Below are positions 1-11,564 of a stretch of DNA of 64,000 bases, in pieces. Origin of the DNA: Patescibacteria group bacterium (GTDB taxonomy: Bacteria; Patescibacteriota; Minisyncoccia; Phycocordibacterales; UBA9973); contig JAGWUB010000001.1 of the NCBI GenBank assembly GCA_028868715.1, positions 247,206 to 311,205 of the forward strand, read 5' to 3'. The notes under the pieces are model-generated. The model was not told the DNA's origin, made no database searches, and saw only the letters and a program-made list of their open reading frames with translations. Both the position numbers and the translations under genes were made by a program. Within the stretch, counting starts at the first letter, position 1; the number at the start of each line of letters is the position of its first letter.

Positions 1-1707
1 GCTCACGCCGGAATTCCTTATGATGAGAATGGTAAAATAACCGAAGAGAGAGTAGAAGCTAGACTCAAAACAGAGCCAGGTGTGATTTCCCGTATGGAAA
101 TTGATTTTATAGATGTTGCCGCCAACCAAGCTTTCTCAATCGCAACTTCTCTCATCCCATTCCTAGAACACAACGATGCCAACAGAGCACTGATGGGATC
201 AAATATGCAGAAGCAAGCTGTGCCTTGCGTGCTTCCCGAAGCTCCATTAGTCGCAACGGGTGTTGAGGAATTAGCTTCAAGAGATTCAGGTAGACTAATT
301 ATTGCCCAAGAAGATGGCGTTGTTTCTTATTTAGATGCAAAGAAAATAATAGTTACCAATAAAGCTGACAAAAAGAAAACTTATGACCTTGTTAACTTTA
401 TGAGAAACAACAATTTCTCTGTATTTCATCAACGTCCAGCTGTGGATGTCGGAGATAAAGTTAAAAAGGGTGATGTGCTTGCAGACACCAGCAGTACAGT
501 TGGAGGTCAGATTTCAATCGGGCAAAATATTTTCGTAGCTTTTCTGTCTTGGTCTGGATCAAACTATGAAGATGCGATTATTATTTCGGAGCGTTTGGTT
601 AAAAATAGTAAATTTACCAGTATTTATCTTGAAGAATTTACTTGCGTGGTTCGGGATACTAAGCTAGGGCCCGAAATTACCACTCGCGATATACCAAACA
701 TTGGAGAACTCAAACTAAAAGACTTAGATGAAGACGGAATTGTTCGTATCGGCGCTGAAGTCAGAGAAAATGATATTTTAGTTGGTAAAATTACTCCAAA
801 GGGTGAGACAGAACTTACTCCAGAAGAAAGATTGCTCCGCAGTATCTTTGCTGAGAAAGCTCGTGATGTCAAAGATACATCACTCCGTATGGAGCATGGT
901 AAGCGTGGACGTATTATTGGAGTAAAGATCTTTTCTCGTGATCTTGGACACTCACTCGAGGCTGGGATTATTAAAAAGATTGTTATTGAAGTTGCCCAGA
1001 TAAGAAATATTTCAATCGGAGACAAACTTTCTGGAAGACACGGAAACAAGGGTGTTATCTCAACCATCCTTCCAGAAGAAGACATGCCTTATACTGCGGA
1101 TGGTACTCCTATTGATATTATTCTTTCACCACTCGGTGTTCCTTCTCGTATGAACTTGGGACAGATACTAGAAATGCATTTAGGTATGGCTGCTCACACC
1201 CTCGGCTACCAAGCAATCACTCCACCATTTTTAGGAGCGAGACAAGAGGAAATAACCGAAGAATTGAAAAAGGCTGGATTACCTGAAAATGGCAAATTAA
1301 AACTTTTTGATGGACGCACTGGAGAAGCTTTCAAACAAGATGTGGCCGTAGGTTATATGTATATGTTGAAACTTCACCACATGGTGGAAGACAAAATTCA
1401 CATGCGTTCCATCGGGCCCTACTCACTTATCACCCAACAACCTTTGGGCGGAAAAGCTCAAGGTGGGGGACAGAGATTCGGAGAAATGGAAGTCTGGGCA
1501 CTCGAAGGTTATGGCGCAGCTTATACTTTGCGTGAAATGTTAACTATTAAATCTGATGATATCGCAGGTCGTAGCGCTACTTTTGATTCTATTATCAAAA
1601 ATGAAACAATCAGACCACCTAATTCTCCAGCATCATTTAACGTCTTGTTAAATTATTTGAGAGGACTTGCTCTGGATGTGAACTTAATGAAAAATAAAGA
1701 TAAATAA
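1..1707 (+). CDS. rpoB: DNA-directed RNA polymerase beta subunit, C-terminal part. The gene starts upstream of the window.
   Basis: The frame is open from nt 1. I see RpoB C-terminal motifs such as GEMEVWALEGYGAAYTLREMLTIKSDD and SGRHGNKGVIS. rpoC follows 2 nt later. Confidence 0.95.
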   Translation, partial: AHAGIPYDENGKITEERVEARLKTEPGVISRMEIDFIDVAANQAFSIATSLIPFLEHNDANRALMGSNMQKQAVPCVLPEAPLVATGVEELASRDSGRLIIAQEDGVVSYLDAKKIIVTNKADKKKTYDLVNFMRNNNFSVFHQRPAVDVGDKVKKGDVLADTSSTVGGQISIGQNIFVAFLSWSGSNYEDAIIISERLVKNSKFTSIYLEEFTCVVRDTKLGPEITTRDIPNIGELKLKDLDEDGIVRIGAEVRENDILVGKITPKGETELTPEERLLRSIFAEKARDVKDTSLRMEHGKRGRIIGVKIFSRDLGHSLEAGIIKKIVIEVAQIRNISIGDKLSGRHGNKGVISTILPEEDMPYTADGTPIDIILSPLGVPSRMNLGQILEMHLGMAAHTLGYQAITPPFLGARQEEITEELKKAGLPENGKLKLFDGRTGEAFKQDVAVGYMYMLKLHHMVEDKIHMRSIGPYSLITQQPLGGKAQGGGQRFGEMEVWALEGYGAAYTLREMLTIKSDDIAGRSATFDSIIKNETIRPPNSPASFNVLLNYLRGLALDVNLMKNKDK

Positions 1708-1708
1708 T

Positions 1709-4700
1709 ATGAAAACTCTAAATACAACTGAATTTGATCAAATTGCGCTAAGGCTTGCATCCCCAGAGCAAATCCAAGAATGGTCTTTTGGTGAAGTCAC
1801 AAAACCAGAGACAATAAATTACCGAACTGGTCGCAGTGAACGCGGAGGTCTTTTTGACGAGAAAATCTTTGGTCCAGAGAAAGATTATGAATGTTACTGC
1901 GGAAAATATCGCAGAATTCGTTACAAGGATATTATTTGTGAAAAATGTGGAGTGGAAGTTACTCGTTCTATCGTCAGAAGAGAGCGAATGGGCCATATTG
2001 AGCTCGCTACTCCTGTGTCACATATTTGGTTTTTACGTGGAGTACCTTCTCGTATGAGTATTCTTTTGAATATTTCTGTTTCTGATCTTGAGAAAGTGAT
2101 CTACTTTGCTGGATACATAATTGTTAAAGTTCACGAGGAAGAGAAAAAAACTATAATTTCTAATTTGGAAAAAGAATATAAATCTAAATTAAAAAATTCG
2201 ACCGATGATGACGTCCGCGAAAAATTAAAGAGCCTACTTTCTATTACTAAAAAAGAAATAACAGAAATTTATGAAGGTAAGGTTCTAAATGAAATTTCTT
2301 TTCATCATTATTCTTTAAAATACGGAACTTGCTTTGAAGCTAATATCGGCGCAGAAGCTATTTATTCTATTTTTAAGAATCTAGATTTAAATAAATTAAA
2401 AATTCACACCGAAGCTATGTTGGAGAAGTCTAGTGTAGCTGAAAAAGAAAAATTACAGAAAAGACTTTCCTTAATTCGCGCTATGACTTATGCGGGAATT
2501 CGACCTGAATGGATGTTTTTGACTGTTATTCCCGTTATCCCACCTGTGCTTCGCCCGATGGTGGCGCTAGATGGTGGTAGACATGCAACTTCTGACCTAA
2601 ACGATCTTTATCGTAGAGTTATCAATAGAAATAATCGTTTAAAGAAATTGAAGGAAATAAATGCTCCGGATGTTATTCTTCGAAACGAAAAAAGAATTAT
2701 CCAAGAAGCAGTAGATGCCTTGATCGATAACTCAATTGCTAAACAAAACGACTCTACGGCAATGAGTCAATCCCAGAGACGTCCACTCAAATCTCTTTCT
2801 GATAACCTAAAATCCAAGCAAGGTCTTTTCCGTCAAAACTTACTTGGAAAGCGTGTGGACTATTCAGGTCGTTCAGTTATTGTCGTCGGTCCTGAGCTAA
2901 AGCTTAATCAATGTGGATTGCCGAAACATATGGCGCTGGAACTCTTTAGACCATTTGTAATTTCCAAGATTTTACAAGCTGAACTTGCTTTTAATATTCG
3001 TGGAGCTAACAAACTTATAGAGGAACGTGAAGGAGTTATCTGGGCAATATTGGAAGAAATCATCGAGGGTAAATATGTTCTTCTAAACCGCGCGCCAACC
3101 CTGCACCGTTTAGGTATTCAAGCTTTCAATCCGATTCTAATTGAAGGAAATGCTATTCAAGTACACCCACTAGTCTGTGAAGCTTTCAACGCTGACTTCG
3201 ACGGAGACCAAATGGCTGTCTACGTTCCTCTTTTGGAGGAAGCACAATCTGAAGCAAAGGAATTGATGGCGGCAAACAAAAACTTGCTTAAGCCACAAAA
3301 TGGAGATCCAATCGTTCACCCTAGTAAGGATATAGTGCTTGGAAGTTATTGGATGACCAAAGATATCACTGGAGAAGAAGGAGAAGGAAAATATTTCTCA
3401 AATCCCAACACAGCCATTTTAGCATTTGAATATGGAGTCGTATCTCTCCGAGCTAAAATAAACGTGCTGGCTACTGATCGAGAAAAATACAAAAAATTTA
3501 ATGGAGGAATGTTTGAAACCTCAGTTGGAAAACTTCTTTTCAATAGTATTTTGCCAAATGATTTTTCTTATGTGAATGATGAAATGACTCAAGGAAGACT
3601 ATCCTCACTCTTAGATGAGCTCATTATGCAATACGGCGTAGATGATACCCCTCCAATCTTGGACAAGATTAAAGCTTTCGGCTTTAAGTATTCAACAGTT
3701 TCTGGTACTACTTGGGGATTGGACAATGTCAGTGTGCCTACTCAAAAACCAAAAATTATAGAAAAAAGTAAAATTTTAGAAGAAGAAATTATATCACAAT
3801 GGAGCGACGGTCTGCTTTCAGGGGAAGAAAAATATCAAAAGGTTATTGAAATCTGGGCAAGTGCTAAAAAAGAATTAGAGAAAATTTTGCCAAGTACTCT
3901 TGATATTAATGGATCTACCTATGACCTGTTTACTTCTAAGGCTAGAGGTACCATGACTTCTCTGGTTCAGATGATCGGAATGAAAGGACTTATTCAAAAC
4001 AACCAAGGTAAAACATTGGAATTTCCAATTATTTCTTGTTACCAAGAAGGACTTTCTCCACTCGAATATTTCATAACCACTCACGGAGCTAGAAAAGGAG
4101 CATCAGATACCGCTCTTAATACCGCAAAGGCTGGGTACCTAACTCGAAGATTAGTTGACGTGGCGCAGGACGTGGTTATCACTGAAGAAGACTGTGGCAC
4201 CAAAGAAGGAAAGATAGTCTCAGCTGAAAATATTTCTGGAATTGAAATACCACTTTCAAAAAATATTCGTGGAAGAGTTTTGGCTGGCGATCTAAAAGAT
4301 GAATCTGGTAAAGTTGTCTACAAGAAAGGATTTTTAGTTACTAAAGAAGAAGCTTACAAAATAGAAAAGCAGGGCTTCAAGGAAGTATTTGTTCGTTCTC
4401 CACTTACTTGTCATACAGTGCATGGACTTTGCGTGATGTGTTATGGACTCGATTTGGGGCGAAACCACTTGGTGCAACTAGGTGAAGCTGTCGGGATTAT
4501 TGCGGCTCAAGCCATCGGCGAACCAGGAACCCAGCTTACGCTTCGTACCTTCCACGCTGGAGGTGTCGCCGGTACAGATATCACTACAGGTTTACCACGT
4601 ATTGAAGAAATATTTGAAAGAAGAATTCCTAAAAATCCAGCAATTGTTTCCGAGACAGACGGAGAAGTTATTTCTATCACCTCTAAGGATGGAGAAGAAA

Positions 4701-5317
4701 AGATAATAAAAGTACTTTCTGACACCAAAGCTGATGGTAAGAAAAATGAGATAGAGTATATAGTAGCTTTTCGTAGAATTCCAACAGTAAAAGTTGGTGA
4801 TAAAGTTAAAATGGGTGAACTTCTCACAGATGGTTCCGCAGATATTGCGCAAATATTCAAATTCGGTAATAAGGAATTTGTTGAAAAATATATAATTCGT
4901 GAAATTAATAAAGTTTATGAACTCCAGAACGCATCTATTTCTAGAAAACATACTGAAATAATTGTTCGTCAGATGTTTTCACGCCGAAAAATAAAAGATG
5001 CTGGAGAGACTAATTTCTCTACTGGTGACATCGTGGAACACACTACCTTCATGGAAGAAAATGCTCGCATGTCTGACACTGGTGGCGAAGTCGCTAAGGC
5101 AGAAACCGTGGTTCTAGGTATTACTGAAGTTTCACTGCGTACCAAGAGTTGGCTTTCAGCTGCTTCATTCCAAAACACAAACCGAGTCTTGATTGAAAAT
5201 GCTATCAAAGGCGGAGTAGATTCTCTACGTGGTCTAAAAGAAAATGTCATCATCGGACGATTAATCCCAGCTGGAACTGGATTTAAAAGTAAAGTTTCTT
5301 CCAAAAAAGAGGAATAA
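1709..5317 (+). CDS. rpoC: DNA-directed RNA polymerase beta' subunit
   Basis: 1202 aa with the catalytic [11 protein letters not shown] motif and an N-terminal zinc-binding Cys cluster (CYCGKY...CEKCGVEV). It lies directly downstream of rpoB. Confidence 0.95.
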   Translation: MKTLNTTEFDQIALRLASPEQIQEWSFGEVTKPETINYRTGRSERGGLFDEKIFGPEKDYECYCGKYRRIRYKDIICEKCGVEVTRSIVRRERMGHIELATPVSHIWFLRGVPSRMSILLNISVSDLEKVIYFAGYIIVKVHEEEKKTIISNLEKEYKSKLKNSTDDDVREKLKSLLSITKKEITEIYEGKVLNEISFHHYSLKYGTCFEANIGAEAIYSIFKNLDLNKLKIHTEAMLEKSSVAEKEKLQKRLSLIRAMTYAGIRPEWMFLTVIPVIPPVLRPMVALDGGRHATSDLNDLYRRVINRNNRLKKLKEINAPDVILRNEKRIIQEAVDALIDNSIAKQNDSTAMSQSQRRPLKSLSDNLKSKQGLFRQNLLGKRVDYSGRSVIVVGPELKLNQCGLPKHMALELFRPFVISKILQAELAFNIRGANKLIEEREGVIWAILEEIIEGKYVLLNRAPTLHRLGIQAFNPILIEGNAIQVHPLVCEAFNADFDGDQMAVYVPLLEEAQSEAKELMAANKNLLKPQNGDPIVHPSKDIVLGSYWMTKDITGEEGEGKYFSNPNTAILAFEYGVVSLRAKINVLATDREKYKKFNGGMFETSVGKLLFNSILPNDFSYVNDEMTQGRLSSLLDELIMQYGVDDTPPILDKIKAFGFKYSTVSGTTWGLDNVSVPTQKPKIIEKSKILEEEIISQWSDGLLSGEEKYQKVIEIWASAKKELEKILPSTLDINGSTYDLFTSKARGTMTSLVQMIGMKGLIQNNQGKTLEFPIISCYQEGLSPLEYFITTHGARKGASDTALNTAKAGYLTRRLVDVAQDVVITEEDCGTKEGKIVSAENISGIEIPLSKNIRGRVLAGDLKDESGKVVYKKGFLVTKEEAYKIEKQGFKEVFVRSPLTCHTVHGLCVMCYGLDLGRNHLVQLGEAVGIIAAQAIGEPGTQLTLRTFHAGGVAGTDITTGLPRIEEIFERRIPKNPAIVSETDGEVISITSKDGEEKIIKVLSDTKADGKKNEIEYIVAFRRIPTVKVGDKVKMGELLTDGSADIAQIFKFGNKEFVEKYIIREINKVYELQNASISRKHTEIIVRQMFSRRKIKDAGETNFSTGDIVEHTTFMEENARMSDTGGEVAKAETVVLGITEVSLRTKSWLSAASFQNTNRVLIENAIKGGVDSLRGLKENVIIGRLIPAGTGFKSKVSSKKEE

Positions 5318-5326
5318 AAAAAGTTT

Positions 5327-7093
5327 ATGAACTCTCCCGTTGATAAAATTAAGGAGAGACTGTCAATCGAAGAAGTAGTCTCTTCTTACATAAAGTTAGA
5401 AAAAGCAGGCGCAAACTTCAAAGCCAAGTGTCCCTTTCATAATGAAAAGACTCCATCGTTTTTTGTGTCGCCAGGGAGGGGAAGCTATTATTGTTTTGGT
5501 TGCAGTGCTTCGGGTGACATCTTTACTTTTGTTGAAGAATTCGAAGGTCTTGATTTTAAAGGCGCCTTAAAACTTTTAGCCAACAAGGCGGGAGTAATAT
5601 TAGAGAACTTTAATCCAAAGGAAGAGAGTGAAAAGGAAAAGATTTATCGGGTAATGGAAGAGGTAACCAAGTTCTTTGAAAATAATCTAAAAGAAAATCA
5701 GGAGGCAGTGGCTTACTTAAAGAGTAGAGGCCTTAATGATGAAAGTATAAAAAATTTCCGTATCGGTTTTATTCCTGAAGCTTGGCGTGACCTGCATGCG
5801 TATCTTACAAAGAAAGGATGGAATGAAGTTGAGATGGAACGTGCTGGTCTGGTCAAAAAAACTGAAAAAGGTTTTTATGATAGGTTTCGTAATCGAATTA
5901 TGTTTCCGATTTCGGACTCCAGCGGACGCGTCATAGCTTTTTCTGGAAGGTTGTTTAAAGATGATGAAAAATCAGCAAAATATTTAAACAGTCCTGATAC
6001 ACCGATTTTTAATAAATCTGCTGTTTTATACGGACTGGATAAAGCCAAAGAATCAATTCGAAAAAATAACTTTTCTATTTTAGTCGAAGGTCAAATGGAT
6101 TTGATATTGTCACATCAGGCTGGTTTTAAAAATACTGTAGCCACTTCTGGCACGGCATTATCTGACGCCACAGTGAGTAAAGAAAATGTAGTCTCCAACC
6201 TAGGCCTCGTACGTAGACTTTCAGAAAATATAGTCTTGGCATTTGATGCTGACAAAGCTGGCTTAAGTGCAACCTTGCGGGCAGGGAAAATTGCTTTATC
6301 ACTTGGCATGGATGTGAAAGTCGCAAACATAGAAGAGGGCATTGACCCCGCAGACTTGATTTCAAAGAACGGGGTGGATGCTTGGCGCGAAGCCATTAGA
6401 GGCTCCAAGCACCTGATAGAGTTTTTGCTTGCCAGAGTATTGAAGGATGCAAAGGAAGACAATCGTAAAGCGGGCAGAGAGATAAAAGATAAAGTACTAC
6501 CTTTTATAGATGCGGTTGATAGCTCTATCGAACAAATGCATTTTATAAAAAAAATATCCGATATTTCGGCAATTCCAGAAGAAGCGCTCAAAGATGATTT
6601 AAAGAAAATACAACAAGAGTTAAAATTTGAAAAACGTGAAATAGATGAGATAAAAAGCACAGGAAGTAAAATATTTAAAAAAGATTATATTGAAAGACAT
6701 TTGCTCGGCATTATCCTTTGGCAGAAAACCATAGCTAGCCCTAGTATTGATATAGATGAGACAATGACAGAGTTAGTTCGCATTTTAAATGTTAAAGAAG
6801 CAATTTTATTAGAAAAAACAACCAACGATAGAGAAGACCTAATTTTTGAAGCAGAAGTTTTCTATGGCGGAGACGAAAAGAATATGAATTTAAAAAAAGA
6901 TGTGAATGAGTTAATGTTAAACTTAGAGGAAGAATATCTAAATGAAGACAGATTTAAAAAAATGCAGGAATTGCATATATATGAAGAAAAACGAGACCTA
7001 GAGAAGGGTAGACAAATATTAAAAGAAATAAATGAGATTAACAACAAAATACAAAATATTAAAAATAGTCGTATAAATACTAAGTTTATCTAA
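5327..7093 (+). CDS. dnaG: DNA primase
   Basis: It has a CHC2 zinc finger ([30 protein letters not shown]) and Toprim-like segments ([19 protein letters not shown]). Confidence 0.9.
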   Translation: MNSPVDKIKERLSIEEVVSSYIKLEKAGANFKAKCPFHNEKTPSFFVSPGRGSYYCFGCSASGDIFTFVEEFEGLDFKGALKLLANKAGVILENFNPKEESEKEKIYRVMEEVTKFFENNLKENQEAVAYLKSRGLNDESIKNFRIGFIPEAWRDLHAYLTKKGWNEVEMERAGLVKKTEKGFYDRFRNRIMFPISDSSGRVIAFSGRLFKDDEKSAKYLNSPDTPIFNKSAVLYGLDKAKESIRKNNFSILVEGQMDLILSHQAGFKNTVATSGTALSDATVSKENVVSNLGLVRRLSENIVLAFDADKAGLSATLRAGKIALSLGMDVKVANIEEGIDPADLISKNGVDAWREAIRGSKHLIEFLLARVLKDAKEDNRKAGREIKDKVLPFIDAVDSSIEQMHFIKKISDISAIPEEALKDDLKKIQQELKFEKREIDEIKSTGSKIFKKDYIERHLLGIILWQKTIASPSIDIDETMTELVRILNVKEAILLEKTTNDREDLIFEAEVFYGGDEKNMNLKKDVNELMLNLEEEYLNEDRFKKMQELHIYEEKRDLEKGRQILKEINEINNKIQNIKNSRINTKFI

Positions 7094-7100
7094 AATAGTT

Positions 7101-8321
7101 ATGAAAACAAAAAAGAAAAAAATAAATAAAAAGCCAAAAGGAAAGGTTTTAAAGAAAAAGAAAAAAGTGGCAAAAATCAAGAAAAAGCCTACCAAAAAGC
7201 TTTTAAAGAAAAAAGCCGTAAAGAAACTTCCAAAAAAAATTAGTAAGGGAGAACTAAAAGAACAAAAACTCAACCGCCTTTCGGATGAATTGATAGAAAA
7301 AGGACGCAAACGAGGATTCATAACTTACGATGAGATACTAAAGATTTTTCCAGATATTGAAAACAATATATTCTTTTTAGATGAACTTTATGAGAAATTT
7401 GCTCGAGCCTCTATTGATGTCTTAGAAGGTGGAAACTTACTCGACCTAGATGTTGATCTGACTGACAAGGACCTAAACAAGGGCTCAATGCACGACTCCA
7501 TTCAGATGTATTTGAAGGAAATAGGCCAATACCCACTTATCCGCGCTGGTGAAGAAAAAGATTTGGCTAAACGCATAGAACACGGTGACTTGGAGGCTAA
7601 AAATTTATTAGCCAGAGCTAACCTGCGTTTAGTCGTCTCAATTGCCAAAAAATACGTAGGCAGAAGTGCTAATCTAAACTTGCTTGATTTGATTCAAGAA
7701 GGAAACTTGGGATTATTTAAAGCAGTAGAAAAATTTGATTGGACTAAAGGCTATAAATTTTCAACTTATGCGACATGGTGGATTCGTCAGTCTATAACTC
7801 GTGCTTTAGCAGACCAGAGCCGAACTATCCGCATACCAGTGCACATGGTAGAGACAATTTCTAAATACAAACAAGTGATGAGGAGACTTAGTCAAGATTT
7901 AGGCAGGGAACCACTGGCTGAAGAAATTGCTACCGAGATGGATATTCCCGTAGAAAAAATTCACGTAATTGAAAAAATTAGTCAGGACACTATCTCGCTG
8001 GAGCAACCAATCGGAGACGATGACGATAAATCAACTTTAGAAAACTTTATTCCAGATGATAAAATTTTGCGCCCTGATCAAGAATCTTCTCGTCGAATTC
8101 TTTCTGATCAAATTCGTGAAGTATTAGACGAGCTTAATCCCAAAGAACGCAAAATACTTGAAATGCGCTACGGGCTCCTAGATGGCATTCAACATACTCT
8201 AGAGCGAGTAGGGGAAGAATTTGGTGTGACCCGCGAACGCATTCGTCAGATTGAAGCCAAGGTGCATGAAAAACTCCGTCAGCACGATAAAATCTCTCGT
8301 TTGAAGAATTACTTTGACTAA
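7101..8321 (+). CDS. rpoD: RNA polymerase primary sigma-70 factor with a lysine-rich N-terminal tail
   Basis: Region 2 reads [40 protein letters not shown]. Region 4 reads [10 protein letters not shown]...[20 protein letters not shown]. The N-terminus is a KKKP-rich repeat. Confidence 0.92.
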   Translation: MKTKKKKINKKPKGKVLKKKKKVAKIKKKPTKKLLKKKAVKKLPKKISKGELKEQKLNRLSDELIEKGRKRGFITYDEILKIFPDIENNIFFLDELYEKFARASIDVLEGGNLLDLDVDLTDKDLNKGSMHDSIQMYLKEIGQYPLIRAGEEKDLAKRIEHGDLEAKNLLARANLRLVVSIAKKYVGRSANLNLLDLIQEGNLGLFKAVEKFDWTKGYKFSTYATWWIRQSITRALADQSRTIRIPVHMVETISKYKQVMRRLSQDLGREPLAEEIATEMDIPVEKIHVIEKISQDTISLEQPIGDDDDKSTLENFIPDDKILRPDQESSRRILSDQIREVLDELNPKERKILEMRYGLLDGIQHTLERVGEEFGVTRERIRQIEAKVHEKLRQHDKISRLKNYFD

Positions 8322-8358
8322 AAAAATCCCGCCCAGTTAAACCAAGGGCGGGATTTTT
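8321..8358. terminator. bidirectional rho-independent terminator between the convergent rpoD and dsbA-like genes
   Basis: The stem is AATCCCGCCC / GGGCGGGATT with a 12-nt loop. It is flanked by an A-run on one side and a T-run on the other. Confidence 0.8.
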
Positions 8359-8374
8359 ACTTCGAGGGTCGGTT

Positions 8375-9064
8375 CTATTTTAAAGCGCTATCTAGTTTTG
8401 TTTTGACTGTGGTAAATGGTTCAGCACCGTCGATGGTGTCAACAACTTTACCACCCACCAAGATAAATCCTTTAGGTGTGCCAGTTACCCCAGCAGTTCC
8501 TCCTTCATTTTTTGCATCATTGATTACTTGGACATATTTTCCAGCATCCAGACATCCATTAAAAGTAGCGCTGTTTAAGCCTAGGTTTTTGGCAAAAGAT
8601 TTCAAGCTTGGATCCGCAAAAGCTCCCTGGTTTTCTCCGCTTTGATGAGTAAAGAGATAGTCATGATATTCCCAAAACTTTCCTTGGTCGCCAGCACATC
8701 TTGCCGCTTGGGCTGCTCTATCTGATTCTGGGCCCAAGAAAGCAAAGTCTCTGTAGACGAACTGCACACTTCCAGTTTGGACATAGGTACTTCTAATAGT
8801 TTCTTCTGATTCCTTGAAGAACTTACCGCAGAAAGGACACTGAAAGTCCTCATACATCACTAAGGTAACTTTTGCTTGTGGATTGCCGATTACTCTATCA
8901 GATGCTCCAACCGGAGCCAAAGCAGTCACGGTAGTGCCAGCATCTTTTATAGGAATATTAGCTGTGGCTGAGGGCTTGCTTCCTTTAAGCAAAATTGCTC
9001 CAGCGATCAAAACTCCAGCTATAATAATTGCACTAATTATTGGTTTTTGGTCTGTATTTGGCAT
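8375..9064 (-). CDS. membrane-anchored DsbA/BdbD-like thiol-disulfide oxidoreductase
   Basis: It has an N-terminal TM helix and an FQCPFCGKF CxxC active site in a thioredoxin-fold context. Confidence 0.8.
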   Translation of the reverse strand: MPNTDQKPIISAIIIAGVLIAGAILLKGSKPSATANIPIKDAGTTVTALAPVGASDRVIGNPQAKVTLVMYEDFQCPFCGKFFKESEETIRSTYVQTGSVQFVYRDFAFLGPESDRAAQAARCAGDQGKFWEYHDYLFTHQSGENQGAFADPSLKSFAKNLGLNSATFNGCLDAGKYVQVINDAKNEGGTAGVTGTPKGFILVGGKVVDTIDGAEPFTTVKTKLDSALK

Positions 9065-9196
9065 ATTTTTTGGTTAAAAATTGTAATGCACTTATTGTAG
9101 CATTTTTCCTAAAATAATAGTATACTTAGGACATTAATAACCAAAGGTCTTTATTAATTTTTAATGCACTTGAGCTCCTAAGGCTCAAAAAAATAT

Positions 9197-9505
9197 ATGA
9201 TGAATTCTGGCTGTAATTGTAAATGGGGTGGATGTGTTCCATCCAAAATTGCTAAGATTCTATTGTTTATAGGAGGATTAAATTGGGGTTTGGTGGGTAT
9301 TGGAATGTTTATGAACACCAATTTAAACATTGTACACATGATCCTAGGATCAGTGCCAATGCTTGAGGCAATCGTCTACATACTTGTAGGTGTTGCAGCC
9401 ATTATGAAAATTTTTGGTTGTAAGTGTAAAAAGTGTAAGGCAAATTGTGCTGCTTGCTCTTGCTCCACTGGTTCCAGTGACAACAAGACGGAAGTTGGCA
9501 TGTAG
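9197..9505 (+). CDS. small membrane protein with a DUF378-like core (GGLNWGLVG) and Cys-rich N- and C-terminal extensions
   Basis: The core GGLNWGLVGIGMF matches the DUF378 signature as I recall it. The extra segments are CNCKWGGC at the N-terminus and GCKCKKCKANCAACSCS at the C-terminus. Confidence 0.55.
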   Translation: MMNSGCNCKWGGCVPSKIAKILLFIGGLNWGLVGIGMFMNTNLNIVHMILGSVPMLEAIVYILVGVAAIMKIFGCKCKKCKANCAACSCSTGSSDNKTEVGM

Positions 9506-9539
9506 TTTTATTTAAGTTTGATAATGTTTTAATGTATAT

Positions 9540-10796
9540 ATGGCTCCAATCGTAAATGTAATATTTTACATATTAATCTTTTTATCTGTCTACGCGCAGG
9601 TGTTTTTTCTCGTTACCTTTCTGGAGAATAGAAAGAAAATAGTTATTCGAGAAGGAAAGATAAAACTTGCGACATACCCAGCGGTAACGATTGTGGTGCC
9701 TTGTTGGAACGAAGAGCGCACGGTATATAAAACAGTACGTTCAGTATTAAATCTAAATTATCCAAAAGACAAGCTAAAAATTTTTCTGATTGACGATGGC
9801 TCCACTGATGGGACCTTGAGTATTATTCAAAAGTTTTCAAAATATCCAAATGTAAAAGTTTTCCATAAAGAAAATGGAGGAAAATATACTGCACTTAACC
9901 TTGGTCTAGAGAATACCGAAACGGATTTCTTTGGTGGCCTAGACGCTGACTCATTTGCTGAGCCCGAATCATTGATGCGGATTATGAGTTATTTTGAGAA
10001 TGACCCTAGTATTATGGCTGTGGCTCCTTCGGTGACCGTGGATAACCCTAAAACCTTTATTCAACATGCTCAGAAAACAGAATACTATATGGGTGTCTAC
10101 TTGAAAAAAATGCTTAGTTTTCTAGGAGCTATCAATGTGACCCCAGGACCGCTTACAATTTTTAGAAAAAAAGTCTTTGATGATTTAGGTCCATATCATC
10201 ATGGTCACAACACAGAAGACATGGAAATCGCTTACCGCATGCAGAAAAACCATTATAAAATTGAGCATTGCAATGATGCTTATGTTTATACCAATACTCC
10301 AAAGACGGTAATGAAACTCTATCGACAACGATTACGCTGGATTTATGGTTTTATTAATAACACCCTTGATTATCGCGACGTTCTTTTCAGAAAGAAATAC
10401 GGAAATTTTTCTATTTTTACATTGCCAACCGGAGTGATATCTATTTTCTCTGTTAGCTATCTTTTCGGCAATATGGTTTACAATCTCGGTGATTTTATAT
10501 ATACAAAATTTATATTTTTTAGAACGGTAGGTTTTCATTTTGGTTCTCCTGGTAAATTTATTTCAAAATTTGATCCTTTCTTTATAAATACCCAGGCACT
10601 TGTATTTTTAGTTATTGTTATCTATGCCTTGGTCATCTTTGCGATGATTTTCGGCAAGAGAATGGCCGATCAAAAATGGTCCTTTTCTTTTTCTATGCTC
10701 TACTTCTTTCCTGTTTTCAGTATCATTGCTCCGTTTTGGCTTTTAAAAGCAGTTTATAATACTATTTTAACGAGGCACCCACCAGCTTGGAGGTAA
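9540..10796 (+). CDS. processive family-2 glycosyltransferase (cellulose/chitin/PNAG synthase-like) with TM helices
   Basis: Motifs: VPCWNEE, DDGSTDGT, DAD, TED and QRLRW (QxxRW). C-terminal TM helices are present. Confidence 0.8.
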   Translation: MAPIVNVIFYILIFLSVYAQVFFLVTFLENRKKIVIREGKIKLATYPAVTIVVPCWNEERTVYKTVRSVLNLNYPKDKLKIFLIDDGSTDGTLSIIQKFSKYPNVKVFHKENGGKYTALNLGLENTETDFFGGLDADSFAEPESLMRIMSYFENDPSIMAVAPSVTVDNPKTFIQHAQKTEYYMGVYLKKMLSFLGAINVTPGPLTIFRKKVFDDLGPYHHGHNTEDMEIAYRMQKNHYKIEHCNDAYVYTNTPKTVMKLYRQRLRWIYGFINNTLDYRDVLFRKKYGNFSIFTLPTGVISIFSVSYLFGNMVYNLGDFIYTKFIFFRTVGFHFGSPGKFISKFDPFFINTQALVFLVIVIYALVIFAMIFGKRMADQKWSFSFSMLYFFPVFSIIAPFWLLKAVYNTILTRHPPAWR

Positions 10797-10800
10797 AATT

Positions 10801-11487
10801 ATGACTAAGATTGATTGGAAAAAATATTTTATTGTATTTTTAATTACTGTCGGACTTTTTTTGACGGCCATTTATTTGAGCAATTATTTTGGTAATAAAA
10901 AAATTGATCAAATTAAATCAATCCAAGACAAGATAGCCATCGATATTCTTTCTTCAGAAACTCAATTTTCTTTGCTGTCAGAACTTTCCTGCAATAATAT
11001 CTCTGATGCTGTTTTTTCAAGTGAACTTGGTGAGCTTGGGAACAAGCTAGAGTGGGGGCAAGAAAACCTTGGTAATAAAGATGAATTGACCTACTTAAAA
11101 AAGTATTATTCATTGCTTGAAATTAAAGATTATATTTTAGCTAAAAAAATCTCTGAACGTTGTAAAGTAAAATCCGCCTTTATTCTTTATTTTTATACAA
11201 CCGTAGAAAACTGCAGTGTTTGTGAGAGGGAAGGGATAGTGCTTTCCAGTCTGCGTGACAAATACCCAGAACTTCGTGTTTACTCTTTTGACTATACGAC
11301 CGATCTTTCAGCTTTGAAAGCCATGCTTCAGATTTATAAAATTAAAGATACTGAGCTTCCAGCTGTCGTCCTAGATGATCAAGTACTGACCGGCTTTCAC
11401 AGCGTAGAAGAGCTAGATGCCATGGTACAAAAGTCTTTTAAACTTCAAGAAGTAAATCCTACACCTACCACTAAAAAGAGTTCTTAA
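10801..11487 (+). CDS. membrane-anchored protein with a CxxC (CSVC) thioredoxin-like C-terminal region
   Basis: It has an N-terminal TM helix. The CSVC motif sits in a beta-alpha context (AFILYFY...CSVCEREGIVL). An SD sequence GGAGGT lies upstream. Confidence 0.45.
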   Translation: MTKIDWKKYFIVFLITVGLFLTAIYLSNYFGNKKIDQIKSIQDKIAIDILSSETQFSLLSELSCNNISDAVFSSELGELGNKLEWGQENLGNKDELTYLKKYYSLLEIKDYILAKKISERCKVKSAFILYFYTTVENCSVCEREGIVLSSLRDKYPELRVYSFDYTTDLSALKAMLQIYKIKDTELPAVVLDDQVLTGFHSVEELDAMVQKSFKLQEVNPTPTTKKSS

Positions 11488-11488
11488 C

Positions 11489-11564
11489 TGGAGCCGGAAG
11501 AGGGATTCGAACCCACGACCTTCGCTTTACAAAAGCGTTGCTCTACCAACTGAGCTATTCCGGC
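11489..11564 (-). tRNA. tRNA, probably tRNA-Thr (anticodon UGU)
   Basis: The minus-strand cloverleaf has acceptor GCCGGAA/TTCCGGC, a GTTCGAATC T-loop, anticodon loop TTTGTAA and an encoded CCA. Confidence 0.8.

Noticed and set aside
624-1085. A 153-aa ORF antisense to rpoB. Similar antisense ORFs lie inside rpoC, dnaG, tgt, mgtA, dnaE and elsewhere in the track.
   Set aside because: They sit fully inside well-supported genes on the opposite strand. They have low-complexity composition and no motifs. They are typical spurious antisense frames in AT-rich DNA.
7019-7321. A 100-aa phenylalanine-rich ORF on the minus strand across the dnaG/rpoD junction.
   Set aside because: It is the antisense reading of the lysine-codon-rich rpoD N-terminal tail (AAA/AAG read as TTT/CTT). 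It is not a real gene.
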